DNA of 64,000 nucleotides from Lytechinus pictus (Eukaryota). How positions within the stretch are numbered: position 1 is the first letter of the stretch; every line of letters begins with the position of its first letter. The position numbers were made by a program, and so were the translations under genes. The notes under the pieces were generated by a model. It was not told the DNA's origin, made no database searches, and saw only the letters and a list, made by a program, of their open reading frames with translations. Shown in pieces: positions 22,901 through 34,900 of the stretch. The DNA lies in contig NC_087246.1 in assembly GCF_037042905.1 (NCBI RefSeq), positions 51,522,001 to 51,586,000 of the forward strand, written 5' to 3'.

Positions 22901-25831
22901 CACGTCAAAGCACACGCCAAATACACGTTCAAGGCAAGCTCGTCAGGGGGATAAACTTGGAGCTTTGGTCAATTTAATCCAACCTTTGAATATGTGATGG
23001 AACGAGGCCGGGAATAGTGGGGGGGGGGGGGGGGGTAGTCTGTTAAAATGCCTTTGCTCTAATGTCCGGCTGATTAATTTTTCATCGCATCTGTACTTTA
23101 GTAATGTAATGCACAGGAATAGAAATTCTACTTTAATAAGATACATGTCTGGGAAAGTGTGTTACTTGTTCAAATGTGTAGCTCCAAACTCTTTTACTAA
23201 TAGTGAATCAATAGATTGATGTACATAATACTAGTACATACCTGGTTTGTGCTTCATGGGGAGATTGATGATGCTGCTAAAACAGCGTCGGCAAACTTAT
23301 ATGATGACCATATCAACTTAAGATCAGGAAACGAAGTCGAAACTTTATTTTTGTATTTTCTAATTTTCTTCAATAATTTTCTCACTAAAAAACAATTACA
23401 AACTCAAGTCATTCCACAACAATTTTCAAAATAAATATTAGAATAGAATACAAACTGAATGAACAGTAAAAAAATATGAATACGATTGGACAATGGAAAC
23501 TAAAAGACAGGAATGGTCGTAAATTCGTAATGCAAAATTGCAAATAAGTAAGCATGCAAAAATTAATGATGCAACTGTCATTAACACGAACTACATGGAA
23601 TTCATTTTGATGATTTCTAGACGATTTTTTTTCTCGATTTGAAATGATTCACTTGACAAATGCTGATGAAACATGATGTGTATGTGACGCACAAATGATA
23701 AATTCGTCATGTGGATGAAACCCCTTATCGGGAGGAACAATGACCGTAATTTAATTGCAAGCATTAAAAAACTCGTCAAAAACCATGCAAAGAATTCATG
23801 CATTGTCTTGAGTCAACACATTTTGAAAAGATGCGCCTCTACAACATTGATCATGTGATCGCTTTCAAAACGAGAGTGATCACATGATTTAAACTAAAGT
23901 GAGGCTACGATGGAGTCGTCGTGCATATATGTGGCGCGATATACGGAGCACGCGTTGCGTAGTACGGTAGTAGTGCATTGAACGAATCGAAGACAAGTAT
24001 CATCATCGAGCGACCAGTTCGTTCTCTTGATGCGTTTATACCTGCAAAACTCACAAAAGAGAGTAGGAACCAAGTAAGCAAATTAAAGTTTTGAAAATAT
24101 GAAGGTAAATTGTGTATAACAGGACTATCAAACAAAAGATTTTGTGTTTTGTAGTCAATTTGGTAATTTCGTCGATGCATCAAATTCATCAAAACGAAAT
24201 CGACGTCTTCGATCGAACACCGGCTTAATAATCGATTCGACTCAGGCTTAATTCATTCGGCAAAATTTCATTTTACTACCAAATTTTGTTCGACAAATCC
24301 TCATGCAGCTGGGCCACCGATCGCGATACCGGCCAATAGTACTACAGCCCGGGCTAGCGTACGCCGTAGGGACCGTCCTGGTCCCTACACTTGCCCGACT
24401 CTAACTTTTATCACTCATTCAATGAACAAGGTTATGATATAACCTTGTTCTCAGTTATATCTCCATGTGTGGCAAAATAAGGATGGCAATGTTTGGCTTA
24501 TTTTCTCTTTTTTTTTCGGACAAATGCTTGATTTTTTTACACTGACAGTTTCCATTACACCTATTCGTCATACAACTTGGCCCTTAAGTAAATTTGGTTC
24601 TTTAAATTTTTTTTTCTTAATTAAGAATAGAGATTTTAAAAAAAGAAAATTTTCTTGCCATATTATTTTCCACCAATAGAGGGCATACACAAAAATATGC
24701 AAAAAAAGTTTTTGAGCGCTCTAGTGAATACAAAAATTATTCCAAAGTTATGAAAAATAAATTGCAACTGTATGGAAATTAGTAATTTTAGTCACAAAAG
24801 TGATATTTTAATCATTTTTTTAAGTGTGTGCTCTGTACAGCATTGGCATGCCATAGTCTAACTTGTAGCTGTAGATTCCCCACAGGCAGGGTGGTTGCAG
24901 TGAACAAGTGACTTTTACTTGCCCCGGGCAATCGGGCACGTGCTTATGTAGCACCCTGATTTATTATAGAAGTACTAACTAGATCTAGGCCTAGATGATT
25001 GATAGATCCATTTACTCCTCTTTTTCCTTTTCCAAACCCCGCCTAGCCTGCATTCACATTGAGTCCTTTCCAAAGTTTTCTCACTCGACAGTCGACTCTC
25101 ACTCACTCACTCAGCTCAGCTCGACAGTACGACAATACACCATGGGCCGATTGCACGAAAGGGTCTTTCCAAGGACCGTCTTTCGTGTCGCCCATCTTTT
25201 ATGATGCGCTATAATGAGTATAAATGGGGTGTTTCTGAAATTTATGATAAACAAATAAAATTTGTAAGCTTGCTTTTAAATCAAATTTTATACAATTTCA
25301 TGAAATATCACATCATTTTATAAACAAATATTTTGTTTATTTTAAAGGAAAAATAAAATATATTTGCAGATAATTTATTTGAAATGCGTTTCACATGGCG
25401 TATCATAAAAGATGGGCGACACGAAAGACGGTCTTGGAAAGACCCTTTCGTGCAATCGGCCCCAGACGGTGGACTGTACTGTTTCCAGAAGAAGAAGAAG
25501 AAGAAGCTCAATTCAATCGGCCATCGGCATCGGCCAACGCAACGTCAACCAACGCGAAAAACCGGTGAACGGGGGAAATCGGCCATCTGTCATAAATGCA
25601 CCAGGGAAGATCCGGGCGGTTGAAAATGTGACAGCCGCTCTTGTCTGCTAGTTGTAAGCGCACACGGCTGAATTTTCACCACTACCTCAAAATAATCGGA
25701 TTATTAACATTCGAACTAAAAATGAAGCGAAACAAAATTACATAAATTTCCAAATTTACATCTTACTTACAATATTTGATGACAGCAATGTTAATTGGGG
25801 CTTTACATGTCACTATTTTGCCGATTTCCAT
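7948..25831 (-). CDS. MVD: Diphosphomevalonate decarboxylase (mevalonate pathway), 9 coding exons, 394 aa
   Basis: Exons: 25771-25831, 15326-15464, 14569-14615, 13374-13511, 12445-12644, 11753-11920, 10984-11106, 9082-9240, 7948-8097. All are GT-AG and phase-consistent, totalling 1185 nt. Motifs: [102 protein letters not shown]. Candidate minus-strand AATAAA at ~7465-7470. Confidence 0.97.
8493..8597 (-). other. Diverged duplicate of the 3' part of MVD exon 8, located in intron 8
   Basis: [35 protein letters not shown] versus exon 8 [36 protein letters not shown]. Followed by GTTAGT at the homologous donor position. Confidence 0.85.
8601..9068. mobile_element. MITE family A (TIR GG(G)CCCC(A/G)TCTTACAAAGAG; Harbinger-like CWG flanks); other copies at ~32126-32548, 45262-45537 and ~50677-50946
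   Basis: Terminal inverted repeats plus shared internal sequence (GTTGACGTTGCTGGCTTTCCATAG). The 45262 copy is flanked by CTG/CTG. Confidence 0.85.
9662..10665 (-). mobile_element. CR1-type LINE 3' fragment (RT C-terminus, ORF 9810-10658) in MVD intron 7
   Basis: [50 protein letters not shown]; (GAT)n 3' tail at 9662-9685. Confidence 0.92.
12735..13197 (-). mobile_element. L2-type LINE 3' fragment in MVD intron 4
   Basis: [40 protein letters not shown]; L2-like 3' end (CAGCGCTTTG...AAGCGCTT) with a (TTA)n tail. Confidence 0.85.
13777..14485. mobile_element. Probable piggyBac-like non-autonomous element remnant
   Basis: Begins TTAA-CCCT and has repeat-like internal sequence; the right end was not clearly resolved. 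Confidence 0.4.
15510..17321. mobile_element. Non-autonomous DNA element with repeated TGTGACTCGCRTGACA motif, interrupted by a HINE-like element
   Basis: Motif at ~15521, 15700, 15848, 16169, 17151 and 17300; imperfect termini CCATTCCAT...ATGGAACGC flanked by CAG. Confidence 0.5.
16191..17144 (-). mobile_element. Helentron-associated (HINE/DINE-1-like) non-autonomous element, copy 1
   Basis: Subterminal inverted repeat GTCTCACCTGCAT/ATGCAGGTGAGAC, short internal IR, (GCC)n microsatellite, internal ~120-bp tandem units (TGACCTTTGACCTTG) and T/A-rich ends. Near-identical inverted copy at 34352-35332. Confidence 0.8.
17380..17990. repeat. Degenerate 16-17 bp tandem array TT(T/C)GACAAAAATATAT; continues briefly after the hAT insertion (24259-24300)
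   Basis: Direct reading of more than 25 units; explains the spurious ORFs at 17332-17894. Confidence 0.9.
18000..24250 (-). mobile_element. Full-length autonomous hAT (Ac/ZBED1-like) DNA transposon, 6251 bp, in MVD intron 1
   Basis: TIRs TAAGCCTGAGTCatATCGATT / AATCGATtcGACTCAGGCTTA. Perfect 8-bp TSD ATTCATTC at 17992-17999 and 24251-24258. TCGA-rich subterminal motifs and an intact transposase. Confidence 0.95.
19918..22546 (-). CDS. hAT transposase (ZBED1-like), 3 exons, 595 aa
   Basis: Exons 21461-22546, 20935-21092 and 19918-20461 (GT-AG, 1788 nt, no stops). BED finger (VWEYF..CKLC..H..KKH), catalytic TTDCW / HDNAAN / [17 protein letters not shown] and hATC dimerisation domain ([14 protein letters not shown]). 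Confidence 0.93.
25144..25463. mobile_element. MITE with long (~65 bp) terminal inverted repeats
   Basis: GGGCCGATTGCACGAAAGGGTCTTTCCAAG...ATGCGC is mirrored by GCGTATCAT...CTTGGAAAGACCCTTTCGTGCAATCGGCCC. Confidence 0.85.
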
Positions 25832-25978
25832 GTCAGTAATTTTTTCACAAAATTTCAGAGCAGAGATATGGGAGGGGCTAAAACGGTGGTACCATACGAT
25901 CAGTTGAAACGACAATTCCTATTGGACAGAGAATAACTTTGGTCCAATTACAGTCTTCGTATCATCATGCAATTCAAA
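25832..25978. promoter_or_regulatory. Compact bidirectional promoter shared by MVD and METTL17
   Basis: Divergent start codons 147 bp apart. GC-box-like GGGAGGGGCT (~25870), oppositely oriented CCAAT boxes (ATTGG 25921-25925, CCAAT 25944-25948) and YY1-like AAAATGGC overlapping the METTL17 ATG. Confidence 0.75.
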
Positions 25979-28900
25979 ATGGCAGCTCCCATGAGCTCAA
26001 AGTTCACCATGCTGACAACACCGAGATATCATTGCCTCCAGCATATCCTGGCTCTCAAGGAAAGGAGAATGGCATTGAAAAGGGTAAAATCAAGGATTGA
26101 TCAAGATATAACTTACAGCTTTTTTCTTAGAACAAAAGTAACGATAGTCATGATAATTAAATAGACTAAATCTAAATTCTGATTCAAGTATTAGCTAGTC
26201 CCACATGTTGAATATGCTGATGTAGTATTAGTAACAGTTAACAAAGTTAGACTAACTTTAGTAATATTTATAAAAAAAACTTATCTTTTTCACTTGAGCC
26301 GCACGTACGAACAGCAAAAAATTATGAAAGATTAAAGAAGTTATTAGAATTTTAAGATTTTGATCTGTGACGTCATGATATATGCGAGGAGCTTCCTCAT
26401 TATAAATTATAATGAGGAAGCTCCTCGCATATATTCATGACGTCACAGATCAAAATCTTAAAATTCATTATAATATAATGTATTTTACTTTTATTTTTTA
26501 GGCCCTACTTTTTTTAAGAAAATCAATCATGCATGATTCATGTCAATGAAATGCCATTTCTCAGAAAATTGAAGATAGTTTTCATTGTGCCTTCAGTATA
26601 TCAATAGACAAATCTTTTCACAACACCCACTCCTAAAAGAAATAAAAGCATGAGTTGCCATGTCCATGAACCATAAAGAATTGAAATTTATGGATTTTAT
26701 ATTACACAACATTATGGGGCAGCTGCTCGTATATGACGTCACAAATAAAAAACTTTAAATTCTAATATAACTTTCTTAATCTTTGATGGATTTTCCTCAC
26801 TGATATTTTAATTATTTTTTTCTGCTATTTTTACAAAAAACATTTCGTCAGGGTGGAACCTCCCCTTTAAATACACAGGTGCCCTATAAAAAAAAGTTGA
26901 TGTGTTTGTCAGGAGTCATTGCACTTTCACAACATTCTATAAAATAAAGCCAAATTTGAAAGCAAATCTCCACAATCCCCTTTCCCATGCAGCAGCCATT
27001 GGATGGGTCATTTTGGGCCTTTTTTTATCTCACTTTCTTACATACTTTTCTGCTTTCTCCTTTTTAAGCTTGATTTTCTTATTGATATTATATCTTTAAA
27101 CTTATTCTTTTTCTCTCTCCTTTTATGTGTTTATTTTCTCCTTTCTTTTCCTTTTTTACCTTTGTTCTTTCTTCTAAGTTTATTTCTTTGTCCCATTTGT
27201 TCTTCATTTTCAATCCTCTTTTTTTCTTTATTCATCATTATTTCAATTTACTGTTCTCCATTCCCTGAAAATTCCTCAGGTCTTTTTATTTTTCTTTCTT
27301 TATAATTTTTTCACAAAATTTTTGACTTTATATTTTTTCTGTTTTCATGCTGTCCTGTTAATGTGTGATATGGACTGATAAAAGTGAAAACTGTCAATTA
27401 GTCAGATAAAAAAAAATCAGTTCTCTTTATTTTTAGTTTAACAGTGAATGATAATTATTAGATCCCATACTAGGAGATACATAGTGATGTACTTTTTTAT
27501 TAGCAGTCAGATTATTGACTGCAATTCAGTCATTGAAATAATATTTTTATTGGACTTGACTTGATGTAGGCCTGCACCATATGATATTTGTTTTTTACAT
27601 CTCGAGAAAATTGTGAGAAAACAAGAAATTCACTTATCAAAGTTGGTTTAAAAAAAAGAAAAGATTGCAAATTTGCCAATCATCTTGCTTGAAGCAAGCT
27701 GTATTCAAGTTCACTCTGTTTGCATAGGCCATATATTAGTGAAGTAGCTATAAGGAGCTGAGTAAGTTTGTGTAGGCTACATGTTTGTTGATTATTTCTG
27801 ATGTCTGTGTTTTAGGATGATGTTCAAAAGGATATACATGTAGATAGCCAGGAATGTATAGAAGAGTATGTTTGTAATAACACAAATTATAATCAATAAA
27901 TACTAGCATTAAGATAATAGAATTAAGACATTTAGACATTCTTATATCTACTCTTTATTTTTCTTGGTTCCAGAGTTTAGCTAGGATCTTTATAAGGTGA
28001 AATCAACAGTCTCAGCAGGAAAACTAGCCAAGTTTATAACCTGAGTTATTGATTTTTGAAATAAACACATCTTACCCTTCAGTTCTTGTCCTCCACAAGC
28101 AAGTCTATAATTGTTTATGGTGTTTTTCCATTGACTTTATTATCCAGGTCCTTTCTACTTTCCATGAAGAGAAACATGAATCAAAAGAAAGCAGAACTAA
28201 CTGGTCTTTGGATACAAAGGCTACAAGTCACCGACGTCATGCTGGGGTACGGCAAATGAAAACCATCAAGCTTCCTGATGTTCTCACAGACAATATTGCA
28301 TCAGTCCTAGACGGTAAGTGCAAAATTATGGATGTTTCTTTAATATTCAGTCTTGCATCATGTTTAAAAAGAATGAATCCTGTTGTCAAGTAGTGACAGA
28401 CATACAATTAGGTAATGAATGAGTTTATTTAGTAGCATAGTATACAATCAATAAAACCATATCATACCAAACCTCAAACATAAACCTAAGAAATTAACGT
28501 CATTTTATAGTTCCAGTTTCATCCCAGTTTTCTTGGGATCTCACTGCTTGTTCTACTGAGTTATCCTTATTATTCCCTGTGCTTGTGGTTCACCATTCAG
28601 ACGAAGAGAGTTAAACATTTCCTTAATATTTCAATTCTCACTCGTCACCAGTGATACATGAAAAAGTGGTAAGCCCACGACCCTCTCCTGATAATGAATG
28701 TTGATGCATGATGAAATGCACAGATTGATTTACAGGCACTAGCTCTCCCATTTGACAAAAAATTAATATCTTGATTTATTTCTTCAAATTCACATGGAGA
28801 GAACTGGACTCATCTAAAATTGAGTTGATTATGAACTTAAAAACTAAACATTGAAAAGGACCAAATTAAGATTAAATCTCTGTGTTTCCTATAGGTCTGA

Positions 28901-31900
28901 CTATTCGTAATCTTATTCCTGAAGCAACCAGATTGTCTAACTATTTGAGCAGTCGTAAGAGACCTGTAGAAGAGTCTGAATTAAGAGCAGCAGCTCGGCA
29001 TTTCTCTGAGGAAATTGGACTAGAAGGCGAGTCATAGGGAGCATTTTCATGAAGTGTTCTATCATTGATTTTGACTGACAATGTTATTATAAACCAATCA
29101 CATACAAGGATTTCAATAGCTTATAACATTTGTTATTGAAAAATAATAAGCCTGTTCACGGTTGTAAACTGTGCACGAGCAGAAAAAGGTCATTTGAGAT
29201 AAACCATGAAGGTGGCTTTCAAATTCACTGACAAAGGCATTTGTGATTTGATGATTATTCATGTATTCCTTTCAAAATATTCATTTTATCACATCCAAGC
29301 TGAAGAGTAATAAATAGAGCCTTCATAATCACTGGTCTTTGACAGTAGCCTAAACAATAGTCAAATGTGCCAAAGGCAGACAATAAAACAGATTTCCAAA
29401 CTTTATCCCTGATGTACTATTCTAGTCACCTGGTCTATACAATGCCTTTGTTCTTAGAATTTGAATACTCTACCGGTAAAGCTTACGCAACATCTACATT
29501 TAAAAATGATAGTGCTTATCCTAATGAAAAATCACAAAGGTCATTTGAGAAAAGTTGATCATGAGCTAACCGTGAACTGGCTTATTGACAAGATGCTTCA
29601 TTAAGTGCTCTCACAACTGGGAGGTCGGGAGTTCATTAAAAGATGGTAGTTGCTGCTACCCTGTTTGGTGTTCAATGATTGAAGGGATATAGTAACGTTG
29701 ATCTGGCACTGCACAATGGCTGCCGGGCCCACGATCAATTGGGCAAAAAATAATTTTCAGAGAATTTCTATTTCGAACAATAAAGTGGATTTTTAATTGT
29801 GGGACCTTGTATTGAATGTATCAAACTAATTTGACATCAGTATGAAATAACTTGGATCCATACTATTTAAGATTGATAGAGGATAATGCAAAGTGTCAAA
29901 CTTGTAGATTCTAAACTCTCAATATTAATGTGTGGTTTTGTTTTGCTTTCTCTCCCCATAAACCAGATGTAGATGCTGGTGATGTCAACAGCCAGCTGTT
30001 TCCTCAAGAGGGAAAAAGAAAGATACAACATGTGATGAAAAACCTAAGAAGAAACCTCTATAAATGGCAGTCAATAGAGTAAGATTTATGCGGCCTTTTG
30101 AATGATGCAAGAAGGGAAATTCTTTTTAAAAATGATAACCCATATAATTTTTTTTTTCAATTTTGAGCTGTTCTTTCCTTATAATTAGCATTTTGGGAGA
30201 TCCAATATTGATCATTTCCTTGTATATTTTTCATTAAACTTACTCTTAAATGCTTCAAGTTTGTTTTTCTATTTCTGGTAGAGGCTTAAGTTTGGGGTTC
30301 CTTTTCCTTTGGAATATTGAAGGGACATATTTACAACAGAGCTGCATCTTCCATACAGGAATCCTTTAAGTGTCTTATCACTTATTCTCACATTTATAAC
30401 AGATAAAATATATGGTAATGCAGGGGAAAGTGCCTTTAAATCCCACTATCAAGGCACAATGTGTTAATCAGAGCAACTTTCCTGTATTCTTCATTGTAAT
30501 TTTCTATTATGAATGTGAGGATTGGTGATAAAAGTATGCATGCAGGAAGGTGCATAGAAACTCTCTGACTTCTGGCTAATATAGATGACACAAGAGGTTT
30601 ACATTATCACAGTGTGGTCTGTCCTGTTGGGTTGGAACGTAGAAAAATAGGGAATTAGTACCAAGTCTTGCTTGTATTTCCTTGGCTGAAAATGTATGAA
30701 TTTTACAAGACTTCTTAAGATTCCTCCCATGACACTAGTTTGGGAACCATTTCCTTTTTTGTAAATTTTCTTTGCGATAAATCGCCTTCTTCTTTTGAAC
30801 ATCTTATTATTGGCAGGAGGAGTTCAGATTGTTATTCTCTCTCTATAGGAGCATATTATTTATGAAAAAAGGAATTTACTATCTTTTCAAGAATGAAATT
30901 GTGAAGGGGGTGGGGATGTCATATATCTTGTATTAGAGGACATGGTAATTGGAGTTAAATCACTGTTATTACTTCTCGTTCATTTCACCAATACTAGGTA
31001 TGATGATGTGAAAAGCTTAGCATATATGCTTGCAAGGATGCCCCCTAACTATGCTGTATTGTCCAGAGTTCTAAACGAGGTACGTGGAATTCACCCCTAT
31101 ACATTATGCTTCATTTTAACCATTGTAGGAAATTTAATTTATCAAGAATGCATTAGCATATACAACTAATTGTGTCCCATTAATGAAATCTAAATTGAAG
31201 GCAAGGTATATAAACATGTTAAAACTGACTTCTAAAGAAGAGACAATATCATGTATTTCATTTATAAGTTTCCAATTACATTAAAAAAAATGACCCCTTT
31301 TATGCAGATGAATAGAAAACATCTTCAGTAACCAATTAGCATTTAACATACCTTGTGTGTTCTTTAATCCCAGATCACATTAGAACATACTTATGTATAC
31401 AAGTACATGGATGTTATGTATTCATTTTGTTGTTGTTGGTGTTGATATTACAATTTATGTGTTTTATTTTCATTCTTGTTTGATCATAATTGTTATCATT
31501 TCTGATCCTGTGTCAGATCAAACGAGGTGATCCAGGGTATGTGCCTTCAAGCATCCTTGATTTTGGATCCGGGCTTGGTACTACAATATGGTAATTACAT
31601 TCAAATATTTTAATATGAAATCAAATGTAATTCTTTACAATTTTTGGGGCTTCAAATATGCAAAAACGTAAATCTCTTCAAAAGAAGTATTGGCCAGTAC
31701 AAAATGTACCAAGAAAAGCAAGTTTTGCACAAAAAATAACTTAAATAACTCCAATAATGTTACTGCTATACATATGACCCTATATTATCAGTTGTTTTGG
31801 TTAGTATTTATGTACTGGTTGGAAATTTATCGTTTCATGCTGTCAAGCTCTTAAATTTTCAAATATTTGTAAATGATATTACATACATTTCCATGTTTTT

Positions 31901-34900
31901 CTATTGTGTTTTTCCATTCTTAAATACCAATATTTCAGGGCAGCTCACAATACATGGGGAGAATCCGTCAAAGAATACTACCTGGTAGAGGTTTCCAAGG
32001 CGATGCATCAACTCTCAGAAAGGTTACTCCAGGTTTCAGCTGGCAAGGAGGAGCTCCTCATTTCCAATGTCTACTTCAGATACTTCATGCCAGTCTCTCT
32101 CAGGGTATGTATGATTTACATTTCTGGGCCCCATCTTACAAAGATTTGCGATTGATCTGTAGAGCATTTCATCAACATTTTTGTCCAACAAGATGTCAGA
32201 TCTGACAATTTTCCTTGATTTGGATTGGCTGAGAAGCACTGTTCCTTTGGTAACTGTCAGATAAAACAGGACTTGTCGGATAAAACGTCTGACAAGTCTT
32301 TTCACAAAACGCTTCCCTGGTCAATCTCTACTGTATGGAAATCCATCAATCTCATAATTTTTCTACAGGAAATTTGCACAATGCCCTTGTAAGAGCACAC
32401 CAAGTTTTTAAGAAATTAGTGAATGAACATATGAATATACATATCTAAAAAATATTTTGAACATACATGCATTTTAGATGTTGACGTTGCTGGCTTTCCA
32501 TAGTTGTGATTGATGGGATCTATTGCAACTTTTTGTAAGATTGGGCCCTGGTCTGGACCTCTAGGTCCAATTTTGATAAAGACTTGTTATAATAACAAAT
32601 GCACAATTTCTATAACCAATTTACTATCAGCCAATCAGATTGAATGATTTCAGTAGCTTTAAACAGTTATTGCAAATTGGTAACATAACAAGTTTTATGA
32701 AACAGATTACGCATGAGCATGCCTTGCTGGAGTGATGTATTTTATGACTCATCCTCATCCATTACCTCATACATTAGTGATATTTGTAACCTTAGATTTT
32801 TTTTCCAGGCACGATATAGTATGACAGTATCAGCCTACTCCCTACTTGAGCTACCTTCCTTCCAAGACAGAGTCAATACTGTACGATCATTATGGAAACT
32901 GACAGATGATTACTTGGTCTTGATAGAGAATGGAAGCTATGAAAGCTACTTGGCTCTTATGGAGGCAAGAGATGCTATTCTTATGATGGTAAGGAAAAAA
33001 GTTATTGGCCTGTATTCTCAAAAGAGGTTTCAATTGTACCATGGTACAAAACCATAGACTATGCAGATTTTTAAACATAATTACGCTTATTTCATCGCAT
33101 ACACAAAGTTAAATCCAATTAAATGCGTGCTTTCGGCAAAGTGCACTTAAAATGAAGTGCGTTTATGAAATAAATCTGCATAGTCCATGGTTTTGTACCA
33201 TGGTACAATTGAAACCTCTTTTGAGAAAACGGGCAATTATGTTGGATTTTTAACTTGTAAACATATCAGTCATTATGATAAGAGAAAACTTGAAAGAACT
33301 TGTTGCTGAAGTAGGAAATAGCAGTACTCTCCTATTGAGTTAGGACTTACATTGATGAATTAGATTTCATTGAATTCTTCTTGTTCAATATTCAATTTGA
33401 GGAGAAATATTTCACATCATCCTAGCTTTATGTTCACATTATCTGACCAATGTAACTTACCAGCTGAAAAAATCTGTAAAAATTGGAGAAGCAGTATCCT
33501 GAGTTCCTGGATTATTAAGGAGTTTAACTCTTAAAAATTAAACTTGTTCAGGACGGTCTTGTATTAGTAGTAATATTCTGGTACTTATTTCATACTTTCA
33601 ACAGATGCCATGATAACCAAGTAAAAATTTCAAAGAAAATCTTGATTTTCATCCGGAAATGAGGTTGTACATCCAGGATTTTTTTAGTCGAGAAACTGGA
33701 TCATGAATGAAGATTTTAACCTTAATTATGTTTCCCACAATCCATTATATATCCCACTCTTCCTTTCTTTGGTCTTATTTTCTCCCACTCTTTTATTTCT
33801 TTCTATCATTTTCCTTTTCAAAAGAAGGACCAGGATCAGACGGAGGAAGATTCTAATACTGAAGAACCAGAGAATCAGTTTCATGACAGACTCAAACCTC
33901 AGATTGATCAAAGAGGTGGCTATGTATTCGCACCGGTAAGTTTTTCAGACCTATAACATTGCTAATGGGTCTTAAATCAATCCAAGGGTGTGGTGAAGAC
34001 CATGACCTTGGATGTGCTACTGATTGGCTTCAATGCCACCTTTCTCTGTCCTTGGATGTTTCTGTGCCCTGTTTGATTTTTTCCCATTTAAACTATTGGT
34101 GATTATGCACAATACAAAATTGCCTTATGCTATAAAAAAATGAACTGAATTTAAAGTATGGGCTGAGAATGTATTATGTTACTTTGATTCATTTCAGTTC
34201 ATGAGTAATACCAAAAAAAGGTAATCTGGGGTCCAATCTACAATTTGTAGAATGGATTCCTCATTTTCATTATCTTTTATCTTATGTCTATTTATTTATC
34301 TTTTGTTGCTTGATTAATCTTGCCTTATTGACTATATATTTCTTATTTCAGTTTTTGTCTCACCTGCATAGCAGAGTGAGACTATAGGCGCCGCTTTTCC
34401 GACGGCGACGGCGGCGGCGGCGGCGGCGGCGGCGACGGCGGCGTCAACACCAAATCTTAACCTGAGGTTAAGTTTTTGAAATGACAGCATAACTTAGAAA
34501 GTATATGGACCTAGTTCATGAAACTTGGCCATAAGGTTAATCAAGTATTACTGAACATCCTGCCTGAGTTTCATGTCACATGACCAAGGTCAAAGGTCAT
34601 TTAGGGTCAATGAACTTAGACCATGTTGGGGGAATCAACATCAAAATCTTAACCTAAGGTTAAGTTTTTGAAATGTCATCATAACTTAGAAAATATATGG
34701 ACCTAGTTCATGAAACTTATACATAAGGTTAATCAAGTATCACTGAACATCCTGCATGAGTTTCACGTCACATGACCAAGGTCAAAGGTCATTTAGGGTC
34801 AATGAACTTTGGCCGAATTGGGGGTATCTGTTGAATTACCATCATAACTTTGAAAGTTTATGGATCTGATTCATGAAACTTGGACATAATAGTAATCAAG

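Noticed and set aside
25880-25905. Sterol regulatory element in the MVD promoter (GGTGGTACCATAC)
   Set aside because: Match to ATCACCCCAC is too weak to support.
26902-27305. Hydrophobic Phe/Leu-rich ORFs resembling membrane proteins
   Set aside because: They are translations of a pyrimidine-rich low-complexity intron tract.
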